Below the pieces are notes generated by a model. It did not search any database. It was not told the DNA's origin and saw only the letters and a program-made list of their open reading frames with translations. A program made the position numbers and the translations under genes. Below are positions 12,852-25,200 of a DNA stretch of 64,000 nt, in pieces; the stretch's first letter is position 1; each line of letters starts with the position of its first letter. This stretch comes from Harriotta raleighana (lineage: Eukaryota), in the NCBI GenBank assembly GCA_050575255.1, contig JBNZDD010013665.1, positions 1,882,016 to 1,946,015 of the forward strand, read 5' to 3'.

Positions 12852-13200
12852 GGAGTCTCGTAGTGTAGTAGTTAATGCAATCGTCTCGCTACTCAATTCA
12901 ATTCTTATTCTTAAAATCTTATTTTAGGCAAGATTTCTCAGTCCACATGCCTGTTTTCTTAGCAGTAAGTAGGAACCTGGTGGGTAGTCAACTGGCAGAC
13001 CACTTTCCGGGGTAATAATCCCTCTCTCCTCCAAACAAAATTGGGTTATTCAATTTTTCGGAACCTGCTGTGTACAATTAGCTGCCTGCAAAATACTCCA
13101 TCAATTCATTTTACAATATATTGTGTGAAGCACTTTGAGAGCAAGGGTGAATCTCCATGATGTGAGAAGGCACTGTATTAAATCAAGAATTGATCATTAT
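12852..13200 (+). mobile_element. tRNA/Deu SINE, subfamily B (degenerate)
   Basis: GGAGTCTCGTAGTGTAGTAGTT head, AGCAGTAAGTAGGAACC segment, Deu core. Confidence 0.7.
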
Positions 13201-13242
13201 TACATAGATCAGAGAAGGAAGCAATGGAGAATGAACGAGGTA

Positions 13243-13841
13243 ATAATAATAATAATTCTTGCATTTGATATAGTAGTTTTTACGTCTTCCAGACCAGTGA
13301 TTCTCAACATTTTTCAGTAATGTACCCCTTGTTAATTTTCAACATTATTGTGTACCCCCATCCAACTACATAACTAACCCCCACTAACCCTCTCATTCCA
13401 CTTGCATTTTATGACCAAGCTTTTCTTATACTTTTAACAAAATAACTAGCACATATAAAAAGAGGGGATTCATAATGAAATGTACAATTTGGAAGGCTAT
13501 AAAATGCTAAATAAGAGCTAAATAAATCAATGTACCACCACCTGTACCCACTGGAAGTAATTTTGTACATGTACCCCAGGTTGAGAACCACTGTTTTAGA
13601 CATTTCAAGGCGTTTCACAGAGTACTGTATACTGAAAAGTGAATTGACTGTGTATTTGTGGGCGAATTGTGGCAGCCAATTGTGCACAGCAATTGTGGAT
13701 TGAAATGATCAATTTTTTTTGAGAGATTATTATTAGGTGTGTGGACTAAAGAAACTTGCCTAAGGTTTCTCCCTGTCTGGAATTGAACCCGGGTCTTCCA
13801 TTTGTAAGTTGAGTGCTTTAACCATTGAGCTACAGGACTCC
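13243..13841 (-). mobile_element. tRNA/Deu SINE, subfamily A, interrupted by a hAT MITE
   Basis: SINE tail 13243-13294 continues at 13594 through the Deu core to the head, which ends GAGCTACAGGACTCC on the plus strand. Confidence 0.85.
13295..13593. mobile_element. Non-autonomous hAT (Charlie-type) MITE
   Basis: TIRs CAGTGATTCTCAAC...GTTGAGAACCACTG; 8-bp TSD ttccagac/ttttagac; highly similar to the copy at 40251. Confidence 0.88.
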
Positions 13842-14229
13842 AGTTAGCCTCCAGCAGAGCTTTAATCAGGTTTTAATTCTTATAACTGACAGAATGCATC
13901 AACAATTATTAATGTCAGCATATTAACAACCTGCAGACTGTGGCATCAAGCAAACCAATTCCATCTCGAGTTGGATGTAGACAGATGGTGAGATGACCCC
14001 AGGCCCTTGGCTTTCTCTGGATTTGTGAACAAGACAGAACACCACAAAGTCTAATTCTGTCCATGGTTCCTCGGTAGAGGGTAAATTTCCCAAGGAGAAA
14101 ACATTGGAACATCTGACACACTACACTCTTAAGGAGAGTCTTAACAAAAAATCTGGTCTCCGACTGTACCCAAACCCCAACCTCCCACCTCCCCTCCACA
14201 ATCCCGGAGTGAGCTGAGGGCACAAGTTG

Positions 14230-14536
14230 TGGAGTTCTGTAGCTCAGTGGTTAGAGCATTTGTCTTAGAAGCAAGAGACCCAGGTGCAATTCCAGGCAGG
14301 GCTAAACCTTGGGCAAGTTTCCTGACTTCATAAACCTGATAATAATACTTTGAAAAATATACAATAATAAATTGGTCATTTCAGTCCACGATTGTTTGTG
14401 CTGTGCGCAATTGGCTGCCACGTTTCACCCACATATATACAGTCAATTCACTTTACAGTATATTCTGTGATGCGCTTTGAGTCGTCTCGAAGACGTGGAA
14501 AGCGCTGTATCAACTGCAAGGATTATTATTATTATT
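14230..14536 (+). mobile_element. tRNA/Deu SINE, subfamily A, full length
   Basis: GGAGTTCTGTAGCTCAGTGGTTAGAGCA head through GCAAGGATTATTATTATT tail. Confidence 0.88.
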
Positions 14537-16692
14537 TTCCCTGGATGCTCCACAAACACTGTCGTTCACTAAGTGTAATTTTCTCTCAGGCTATGATTAC
14601 CCTTTGTGGCTCATAATCATTGTGCGAAACCCTCCCTCCCCCGCTTATTGAGTCACTGATTCCAATCCATCACCTGATCAGTTGGGTACTGACACCCTGA
14701 ATGTGGGCGGGTGCACAATAACCCAAAGGTAGAACTGATGCGTGACTGATTAATGTTATCAACACAAAACTGCCTGAGAATTACTGTGAGAATTACTGTG
14801 TCCTCACTTGATCGTTCAGCTCCTTGGGACGTCCTCCCGATGTGAAAAGCACTCTAAAAATGTAATTTTGTTGTTGTTGTTATGTGTGTCCCTGCCCACG
14901 ATCAACCCGTTCTCCTTACTTGATCAGCCCATTCCCACCTTCTCCCACCTCCACGAGTGCTCCACTCACACCCCTCCACCCTGTGGATGCCGTGCTCTGT
15001 GTGCTCACTCACATCCAATAGAGGATCCCAGCTACTCTCTCTCCCCCCACCCCCACACCTCCCACTGTGCTGAGTTCCTGTCAGTTCAAGGCTGTGATCT
15101 CGGTGGAGAGGGAAGGGTGGGGTGGAGAGGAAGAGAGACAGAATCTCATAATCATTCCTGTGTCACAATATCAGAGCAAAGCTCACCCTTCAGTGGCAAA
15201 GTAGGAGAGTTTAGCCCAGTCATGCCCTGCCCTGCGAGGTGCACACAACAGATTACATTCATGCAGTGTCTTTCATATTGGAAGACATCCCAAGCCGCTG
15301 AACACCTAAGGTTTGTCTGGGGGTGGATCATCCACAATTAGCATAAGAGCCACATTTCTCCAACGCCTTCACCACTGATGAACATCTCAAAGGAAACTCT
15401 TCACACAGACAATGGGCAGGAATATAATTTAAGATTGTCCATCAAAGGCTTGCTCAAAGAGTGAAGGCTTTTGAAGAGGAGGGCCCATGTGAGGCGATCG
15501 GGAGTGGGAGAGAGTTTGGGATATAAACTTGACACAACACGTTCTCCATTAATCCATCTTGCGAGGCTCGGGTTCCTACCTGCGACTTCGGAATTGTCTC
15601 CCAAGCAGACAACCCTGGTACCTGGATGTGATTAAATGATTTTTTCATCGCCATCAGGGTTAGCTCCTCGAGGCTGGAGCATGGAGCTTGGATGTCTGCC
15701 ACGATCCTGCTCCTGTTCAGCTTCCTGATCAAAGCAACCAAGTAAAGTTAACACCTTCTATGCCAACTGAAGAGCAGCTAGGAAGTTTTCAGTCCTCACC
15801 CACCCCCCACCTTAACAACAACAACTTGCATTTATATAGCGCCCTCCATTCCGGATGGCGTCTAAGAGTGCTTAACAACAAAAACAATAACAAAATTACA
15901 TTTGTGCAGCGCCTTTTACGTTGGGAGGTTGTCCTAAGGCGCTGAAACAATGGTGGAGCTCACGGCTGAGCCAGGGAGAGGGGGTTTAGGTCTCCATAGG
16001 TGTGGTGGAAAAGGAGGGTCTTCAGGGGAGACCTGAGGATAGGGGGAGAGGGGGCGAGGTGAAGGGGTTGAGGGAGGGAGTTCCAATTCAGTCATAGTTA
16101 TTGGCAATGCCAAGCTCTGGCTCACCTTCCCATTGGGGACAACCACTGTGCATCTGTAATGTAAAAGAAAACTTTTCTAACCTCACCTCTGTTGGACAAT
16201 TCTTGCTCATTTGTGACTGACTCTCGCTAATATGCCAGTCTCATCTATGATCAAGAGGCTGTGGACTTGGGGCTCTCAGTCGGGGAAAACAGTACAGTGG
16301 GGGGGGTGCGGAAGGGGGGGCATTGTACCATTGGTGAAGGTGCTGTTCTTTCGATGAGACATTAAACAGAGGACCTGGCTACCTTGTGAAAGATCCCATG
16401 GTGTTACAGCCCAGCTGATCGGTCTCTTGAGCCTTGTTGCATTATTCCAACAGGATAGTGCCCTCTGCTGATGAGCCATTGACTCTTCGAGTGACAAAAT
16501 TGACAACAAATTTACTCCAATTAATCAAGATTGATTATCAGGGAGAATTCTAGAATAGTCCTGATGTATGAGCAATTGGTTACAAAACAATATTGTTGTG
16601 GAAACAAGGCATTGAAGATTGGTTAATCTTTGTCTTTTATTGTTGTCTTTAACTGCCTGTTAAGCCATATGCTATTTGCCTTCCTTATCTTT

Positions 16693-16942
16693 AATAATAA
16701 TAATCATCCTTGCATTTGATATAGTGCTCTTATCACGTCTTCTAGACGTCACAAAGCGCTTCACAGAATATACTGTAAAGTAAATTGACTGTGTATATGT
16801 GGGCGAAACGTAGCAGCAACAGTCATGGATTGAAAATGACCAATTTATTCTTAGTTTTTTTTGAGGGATTATTATTAGGAATGGAGTAAGTAAATATGCC
16901 TAGGGTTTCACCCTGCCTGGAATTGAACCCAGGTCTCTCGCT
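16693..16942 (-). mobile_element. tRNA/Deu SINE, subfamily A, 5'-truncated
   Basis: (AAT)n tail, GCGCTTCACAGAATATACTGTAAAG, CCTGGAATTGAACCCAGG B-box. Confidence 0.8.
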
Positions 16943-17324
16943 CTCCCAGCCTGCTACCCAGCTATAGACACAGAAGGAATCTTATCCCCAATGGATACTC
17001 TTATCCCATTTCTTCCTCATTTTCCCCATCCTCTCTCTGTTGGCGCTCACTAGATAGTGAGCTTCCTACTCAATTCCTAGTCCATTCCCTGCTCTCTCTC
17101 CACTGTGTCTTGCAGTCAGTGTGTGCTACATCGGGTGTGGTGTGTATGTGTGTGTATATGCACAAGATGTGGCAATGTCAGTGGATTTTTCAATGGGCAA
17201 GTCTTTTATACCAGCCTGTGTTAATTTAGTTATTGTTTGCCTTCAAGCAGCTGGCTGTGCTCAGTGACACCACCCTCATCCCCGCCCAGCTCTATAACAC
17301 ATGCCGGTCTTTAAGAAGGTTCAC

Positions 17325-17469
17325 ATTTATGGTATAATCAGCAATTTTACAATATTTGTTGTTTTGGCTGGGGAATATGCCGTTGAGAACCATGTTCCTC
17401 CCAGTGTCTTGTCCCCAAAAATCATCTGGAATAATTCTCTCTTGTTTCATGCAGGCTGATTTCTCTCGT
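17325..17469 (-). CDS. Candidate second exon of the CRYBG gene (REKSACMKQERIIPDDFWGQDTGRNMVLNGIFP...)
   Basis: Acceptor GCTATTTTCAG; open in phase 2. The phase-0 donor is uncertain (AAT|GTGAAC at 17325, or weaker ATG|GTTCTC at 17391). Would bridge the 19096 donor (phase 2) to the 7526 acceptor (phase 0). Confidence 0.35.
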
Positions 17470-18134
17470 CTGAAAATAGCACAGAGACCCAGACCAGACT
17501 CATGGCCTGTCTTCCAAAGGAAGAAGAGGTCATTCAGCCCATCCGGTCCGCTTCACCAGGATTATTCAATCCCCAATTGTGCTTTGGCTGCTTGCAGCAG
17601 AGTCTTAATTATAAAAATAATAATCCTTGCATTTGATATAGCGACTGATCACGTCACTGAGATGTCTCCAAAGTGATTCATGGGATTCACTGTAAAGAAT
17701 GATTGTGTTTTGTTGGCGAAATGCATCAGGCAGATTGCGCATAGCAGTGTCCCACAAACAGCCATGGAGTAAGTGAGCAATTTTGTTTGGGGGAATGTTG
17801 TCCAGGACACCAGGAGAGAGAAACTGCCTTCACGTTTCGAATAAGTGTCAAGGTATCTCTAACGTCCATTCGAACATCCAGACAGGACCTCGGCTGAACT
17901 TCTCATCCAAAGAATTTATTTTATTGTGCACCTGAGATTAAATCAATGTGGTAACACCCAGCGTTAATATTGACAGAAACATAAATTTAATTCGGGGCCA
18001 GTTGATCAATGACTCGCTCGTTTATCAAAGCTTAGGATGAAATATGACATTTTGTGAAATAAACCGCAGAGATTCACTGGGTTACTAGATAAAACCCTCA
18101 GTTAGGGAGACCGCTGGGGTGTGTTTGTCATTAC

Positions 18135-18470
18135 GGAGTCCCTTAACATCATGATGAGTGCGTTCGCCTCGCAAGTGAGAGGACGTGGGTTTGATTCTTG
18201 GCACTGCAAAATGTTTCCTTACTCCACACACCTCTGTTTGCCCATCAGTAAGTAGAAACCCAGTTATTGGGCGGATAGCTTTTCCATGATAATAGTTCCT
18301 TCAAATATATGATAATAGAGATTAGTCACTTCAATCCGTGACTGATGTAGGACACTCCTGTGGGCCATGTTTCGCCCGCAAAATATAGTCAATTCACTTT
18401 ACAGTATATTCTGTCTCAATTACATGATAAGGCACTACAGCAAATACATGGATGATTATTATTATTATTA
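18135..18470 (+). mobile_element. tRNA/Deu SINE, subfamily B
   Basis: GGAGTCCC head, CTCTGTTTGCCCATCAGTAAGTAGAAACC segment, tail with (ATT)n. Confidence 0.75.
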
Positions 18471-19095
18471 TATTTTGACAATCCAGCATTTTCTCCGCAC
18501 ACAGTGTTGCATTGGAGCATCAGCCTGGACTGTCAGCTCAGGTCTCCAACAAGAGTGAGTCTCCAANAATTATATTTTGACAATCCAGCATTTTCTCCGC
18601 ACACAGTGCTGCATTGGAGCATCAGCCTGGACTGTCAGCTCAGGTCTCCAACAAGAGTGAGTCTCCAACCTGCTGACCAAGAGGTGGGGATCTGATACAG
18701 TCACTGCACTGACATGAAGTGAAGCCCATTAAAAGGGTCAGAGAGGGAAAGGAGAGAGTTACACACTGTAGAGGCTACTATTTGCCAAGGATTAAAGTAA
18801 CAAATTGCAATAACCAGCAGCCAATCCAAGCCAACACAGTGAATCATCCGGCCCATGGACTCACTACACCTGAGCTACGAAATAGTTTATTTACCTTCCT
18901 CTAGCGGCTTTCTCATGGTGTGTTTATTCCATGGTTTCTCTTCTCTTATTGCAGGGTTCTTCTGCTCCCCGAGACTGACTCCGGCCATTCCCTCTGTAGC
19001 TGTCTGCCTTGTCCACCTCCCTCAGGCTGGACTTGCTCCTGGAGAAGACTTTCCCAATAGACCTGCAGACCCCATCCCACCTTGTTCTGCCTTAC

Positions 19096-19121
19096 CTCTG
19101 CTTGCTACTGCCCTCCGACAT
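19096..19121 (-). CDS. Candidate first coding exon of the CRYBG gene (MSEGSSKQ)
   Basis: ATG at 19121 followed by strong donor CAGAG|GTAAGG (phase 2); GC box (19236-19242) and CCAAT (19270-19274) lie upstream. Confidence 0.35.
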
Positions 19122-19420
19122 GTGGCATTAACCGTTAGCAAATGATAACAGAGACAAAGTGGCTGAGAGTATCTGACAGGTGCACAGACTTCACCGGTGA
19201 ATGAAGAGAAAGTGACACACACACACACACACATAGGGGCGGACCACAGCTGTTGGTCAGCCTTCTTGCCAATGATTGCTCAGCAGATCAGAGGAACAAA
19301 TATTAGCCAGACAGAGAGAGATAGAGCTGAGTAACAGAGAACTCGCATTCGACTTTTGAATTCAGCCTCACTGTAGATCTCTCTTTCCCTCTCACAAATA
19401 CGTTTACATTTTTCCTAAAC

Positions 19421-19650
19421 CGCAAAATACTACAGATGCTAGAAATTTGAAACAAATATAGAAATCGCTGAGAACGCTCAGCTGGTCAGGCAGCATCTAT
19501 AGAAAAAGGAAAGTGAGTCAAAGTTTTGGGTCCACAACACTTCGTCAGAATTCTGATGAAGGGTTGTAGACCCGAAACCTTGACTCACTTTCCTTTCTCC
19601 ATCGATGCTGTCTGACTTGCTGAGTGTTCCTAGCGATTTCTGTTTTATTC
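19421..19650. mobile_element. Palindromic Penelope-like pLTR remnant with minimal hammerhead-ribozyme motif
   Basis: Inverted arms of ~100 bp centred on CTTCGTCAGAATTCTGATGAAG; CTGATGA-A-GGGT..ACCC-GAAA at 19553-19577. Confidence 0.65.
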
Positions 19651-20984
19651 ATATTTTTCCTATTTGTTTAATTCTGTCTTAAACATTTTGTGGATTCTGC
19701 TTTAACCTTGCCCATTTCACTTGTGGGAATCTTAAATAAAATGTTCACTAGTTCACCTCTAGTTACTGACAATAATTAACAACAACAACTTGCACTTGTA
19801 TAGAGTCCTCCATGCCGGGTAGCATGGAGGGTTGTAGGGAAGGTTTGTAGGGAGATGCTGTAAGCATGGTCAAATAGGTGGGACTTGGAAAGGGGGAGAT
19901 GAGGAGCAAGGGAGTGGGATTGAGGGAGAGTGTTCCAGAGTTTGGGGTAATAGTGGCTTGTGGGGCAGAGAGTGGGAGGGATGGGCAGGAGGCCAGTCTT
20001 AGTCGAGCGGAGGCTCTGGGTGATAGTTTGGGGTAATCAGGAGGTTGGAAGGGTAGGGAGGTGCCTGGGAGTGAGAGGATTTGAACACGAGCATGAGGAT
20101 CTTGCAGTTGAGCGTGAGGATCTTGGAATCCATAAATTGCGTTAAATTACTTGAACCATAAAATTACATAAAATTTGTATAACACCTTTCATGTCAGGAG
20201 GACATCCAAAGACACTGGACAGTCACCTTTGAATATCTTCCTGACGTGTCTCAAATCTGAGCTGGGGTCGGGATTGGGGAGAGTAGCGGGGGGTTGGTGG
20301 GGAAGGAGTATGACCAAAGGAGGCAAGGAAGGGAGAGAGGTGGAGGGACTGCAGTGTGGAGTTCCAGAGGGTGGATTCAGAATGGCTGAAAGCCTGCCCG
20401 CCAATGGTGGATGATAAGAAGTAGAAATAACTTTTCTCTATTTTCCTCATCAAAAAAAAACATCAAAATTTTGAGCCACAAGAACTGGAGGAACTCCTTT
20501 CTCTTTTCCAATTGGATTCCGGGATCTTTAATGTCCACCAGAACAGGGATTGGTAGGCATTCCGTTTAATATGTCATTCAGAGGATGCCACCTCCATCAA
20601 TGCCACCTCCCCAACACTTTTGCTGGGGTGTCAAGTTGGACTGTGAGCTGCACAATCTGTTGTGGCACTTAAAGCCACATCTGCCTGGCTGCCAACAAAT
20701 ATACCAATTTTACCTTGTTTCTCTTTGCCAACTAACTCTGTACAACCTTCAGACATTACTCCTACTTCAAGATGCTAAGTACAGTACAAGTCTCATGACT
20801 TATAGAACAAATGACACCTTGAGGCTGACCTAAGGTGTTAAAAAGTTAAGATAATTTTAACACCAGGAAACTGCAGCCTTTGTCCCTTCCACTAGATGGA
20901 GCACTTGATCCATTTGTGCTCATAATATAATATAGTATAAAGTAATAGCTTAAGTAACAAAAAATTTCTAGCAACGTAAAACAT

Positions 20985-22275
20985 AACAAAGAACAATCAG
21001 CATGGATTTTAAAAAGCTACTATTATTTGATCAATCTCATTGAATTCTTTGAAGGGGTAAAATAAAGTGTAGACAAGGGTAATTTGGTAGATTAATACTG
21101 TATTTCAAAAGGCGTTCGATAAGGTACCACAGAATGACTAATGAATAAGGTCAGACAGAGCATGTGGAGTCAGGGGAAAAGTAGCAGAATGGATAGCAAA
21201 TTGGATACAAGACTGAAAAAAGAGAGTAGGGGTAAAAGAATAGCTACTCGGACTGGCAGAGGGTGGGTAACGGTATTCCACAAGGATCGGTATTGGAACC
21301 ACTGTTGTTCACAATACACATCAACAATTTGGACTCGGAAATCAACAGTACAATTTCGAAATTTGAGGACGACACTAAATTGGGAGGAAGTAGTTAAGTT
21401 TAGAATAGAAGGTTACGCTAGTGTGGAGGAGGACTGCAACAAATTACAACAAGATTTTAATAAACTTGCTGAATGGGCAAATCCATTTAATGTGGAAAAG
21501 TGAGAGGTGGTATGTTTTATTGGGAGGAATATACACCCTGGAAAATCTAAATGGCGTAGCGGAGCAAAGAGATCTAAGGGTAACGCATACACAAATCACT
21601 AAAAGTAACAAAGAGGTTAATAAGGCCATCAATAGGCAGAGCAGGCGTTGGGATTCATATCTAGAGCGTTGGAAATGAAAAGCAGGGAAGTTATAGTACA
21701 AGTATATGGAACGTTGGTTAGACCACACTTAGAAAACTGTGGGCAGTTCTGCTCCCCACGTTATGAAAAGGATCTGGATGCATTGGAGAAGGTGCTAAGG
21801 AGATTCACGAGGATGACCTGAGAATTGAAAGATTATACTCCAGAAAAGGTTGAACAAGCTTGGACTCTTTTCTCTTGAAAAAGAAGGGGTGACTTGCTAG
21901 AGGTCTTTAAAATTCTGAAAGATTTTGATAGGTTACATATAGGGAAGATGTTTCTACCTGTGGGGGAGACCAAAACCAGGGGCAGTCAATATAAAATAGT
22001 CACAAATAGGTCAAAGAGGGAAGTTAGAAGACATTTTTTTACTCAGAGAGTAGTGGGAATGTAGAACTTACAACCGCAAGAAGTTGTTAAGGCAAATAGC
22101 GTAGATGTATTTAAGGGAAAGCCAGATAGGTACATGAGAGAGAAAGGAATAGAAGGTAATGCTTGTAGGGTAAGTTGAGGGTGGGACAGGAGGGGCCTCA
22201 TGTGGAGCATAAATGCCAACATAGATGCCAGTTGAGATGAATGGCCTGTTTCTGTGCTGTATATTCTAATGTAGT
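20985..22275 (+). mobile_element. CR1 LINE, 5'-truncated and decayed (RT C-terminal part plus 3' end)
   Basis: Frameshifted remnants of QHGF, NLIEFFE, FQKAFDKVP, PQGSVL and KFxDDT RT motifs, and a CR1-type 3' end GAATGGCCTGTTTCTGTGCTGTATATTCTA. Confidence 0.9.
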
Positions 22276-25200
22276 CAAATGTATAAAGTTTATTAAGATC
22301 CATAGATATCGTCCGTCTATGTTCAAGACATTCACAGTCCAGACTGATGGTCCCATACACCGTGCTGGTGGGACTGGTGGGTGGGGGAGGACAAGTGCTG
22401 CAATGTCCTTCCAATGAGTCCAAGGTCATCTATACCTGTTCAGTTGGATGTTAAATATTCGACAGTTCTGTTGCCATGATTAGAAGAGGGTTCTCACAGT
22501 ATTCTGGCTAATTTGGTTAAATTGGTCAGTCACCTTCTAGTTGCTTGTTGGACCTGGCTGGGTGTAAATTGGCTGCCATGTTTGTCTACATATACAAGGT
22601 CACTGCACTTTACAGTAATTACTGTGAAGCGCTTTGAGACATTTGGGAATAAGATGCTGTATCAAACCCAAACTTATTACAATAGATACAGCGCACATGC
22701 CATAGACACTGGACAGACACAGCACTGTTTCAGTGCAGACACACAGTTCAGCATTAAGTAATTACTATACTGAAGTTACCATGTGATGTTTACTGAACAG
22801 TAAACGTACCAGATAAGGAGAAATGACTAGTTAAGAGCTGAAGCTGCTGACGAGAACGTTGCCACCCAAATCACCTGCTATCACTCTCATGTGGAGACCA
22901 AAGTCTGGGCACAACTGTCAAATGTGTTGGTTGAGGGTGTTTGGGCTGGAGAGGAGTTTGGTCGGGCTTGCGGAGGTGAGTGGAGGCAGCAGGGAGGGTG
23001 CCTCCACTCTCTACCTGAACCCCTTAAAATACACACCAGATTAACCTTTGCGGCAATTGGAGCACCCATTGGCAGAACCACGAGGTACTAGGTCACTTGG
23101 CTCTTGCCTAGAGTCAGGTGGTTGTGGGTTCAAGACTCATGCACAGTGCATATTGGTCTCACAGTGTAAGCAGACATTCCAATACAGCACTAGGAGGGGA
23201 GGGGCATTATCAGGTGAGACTTTGGGGGGTGCAGTCCTTTAGACTTTGAGTTGAGATCCATTTGTGCCCTGCTCAAATGAGGGTTGAACATCCTGTGACC
23301 TGTTGGAAAAGAGAAAGATGTTTCTTTCTGACAGTCTCCTGACTGACAATCTCCCAGGTAATTTGGTCGTTCACCTCACATCTGTGCGCTGTGTAAACCG
23401 GAGTCACGTTCGCTAACAGACGCCAGAGGTGACAACAGAACCATGCAGTCCCGAGGCTACCTTTGGTTACTTTGTTAACAGTGACAGTTAGCGATCAGGC
23501 AATTCTGAATGAAATAGTCGACTTCAAAAAGAAAAAGTTGGATTTCAGTATGAATTTACCAGACCAGCAAGTGCGAGTGTTGTGGTGGAGCCCGAGGTTT
23601 GGGTGTCTCACCGAGACCTTTACATTCTAGGCGTCTGATTCATTTAGAAAGTTTCTCGCTGCTGTGTTTTTGCTGATTGCTGTAAGATAGCCTCAACCTC
23701 AATCTCCTTTACGCTTCACAAGCGAAGGCACAGCTGTAACTGACATATGCACAGTCATAACTCAGCCAAGGCACCCAGTTACAGAGGAAGTGTATCAGAG
23801 AGACATTAACCTTTAAGGGCTTGAAATATTTAACCCCTTCATCTTCACTGCTCATTCGATGGCCAAGTGCTTTGGGCCAGAGCCTCGGTTACAGGTTGGG
23901 GCAATAATTGACATTGATGCCCACCCACCCACCCAACCAACCAGGATTGGGTGAAGCCAGGGTTGCTCCGCTCCTGATTGGCTCCCTGCTTCCTGTGTGT
24001 GGTGGTGGGGTTCGGCATTGTCAAACGTGTCACAAGAACAACAACAAATTCCATTTACAAGGCGCCTTCACGCAGGGGAGGACATCCCAAGGTGCTGGAC
24101 ATCAAGGATTTGCACCCGAGCCAGGGGTTGGGAATCTGGAGGGAGGGTGGGTGTAAGAGGCTGACTGAAGGTGTGGTCAAAGAGGAGGATCTTGAGGAGG
24201 GTTTTGAAGGAGGAAAAGGGAGGGAGTGAGCGAAGGGACTGTAGGATGGCGTTCCAAAGGTTGGGGGCAGAAAAGCTGAAGGAGAGTGCTGAAAATCTCT
24301 TTGTCTGGCATTACAGAGCACCGAGCTCACTGCCTTTATAGTGTTACCACCTGCCCCCGCCATCGGGCCCCACCTTCCTTAAAGCAGTGAAAAAAATGTC
24401 CAAATGCACTGTGGGAATGCCCAAATGTGGGAAATGCCCAAATGCAAGCCAAACATGGAAGCCAAAGTAATTGGCAGAGACTGGGTGGAATTTGGGCCCT
24501 ATGTTATTTCAATAATATAGTATGAGTAAAATAAATACAAATCTTCCTTTCATTAATTGTGTATCTGATTTCCTCCTGGGTCTAATCTATTCTATTCTAA
24601 TCTAATCTATAGCAAGTGAGAGGTGTTAACTCCAATATCAAAAGTATCTGAGATTCCTTTACACAAACGAGAAATATGGCTATGCAAATTTCTGCTTCTA
24701 GGTAATTGCTATGTTAAAAGAGAGCTCCCCCTTCCTCACCCACCCCCTTCCACTCTCCCTGAACAGTATTGAAATGTTATTCAATTTGGAAAGCACCATG
24801 AACCTTGCCCATTATATTGTCTCAGCCCTGAGTCAGGAGGCTGTGGGTTTGAATCCTGCGTCAGAGACACTGTGATCACTGTCCGGGTTGACAATCCAGC
24901 GCAGTGCTAGGTGCGGGGGAGGGCACTGTCAGAGATGCCATCGCACTGGCTCCTATTCAGCCCATAGGACATTAGAGATCCTGTTACTCGAAGAAGAGGT
25001 GGGAGTTTCTGATGGCTGGATGGAAAATTCACTGTTTGTGGATAACTGTCGTTCCGTGCAAATTGGCTCTGCAAAACAAACAAACACAGTCACTACACTG
25101 ACAGCGGTTCCTTTCGAGACCTTTTGCCATTGCGTTCTGACGAAAGCCTTAAACAGTGAGGTGGGGGCATTGGGAGTAATAATGACTTGCTGTGATCGAA

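Noticed and set aside
14230-14300. tRNA-like sequences (here and at other SINE heads)
   Set aside because: They continue into SINE bodies and lack proper acceptor stems; not tRNA genes.
18466-18670. ~100-bp tandem duplication
   Set aside because: Copies are separated by a single n (18567), typical of an unmerged contig overlap.
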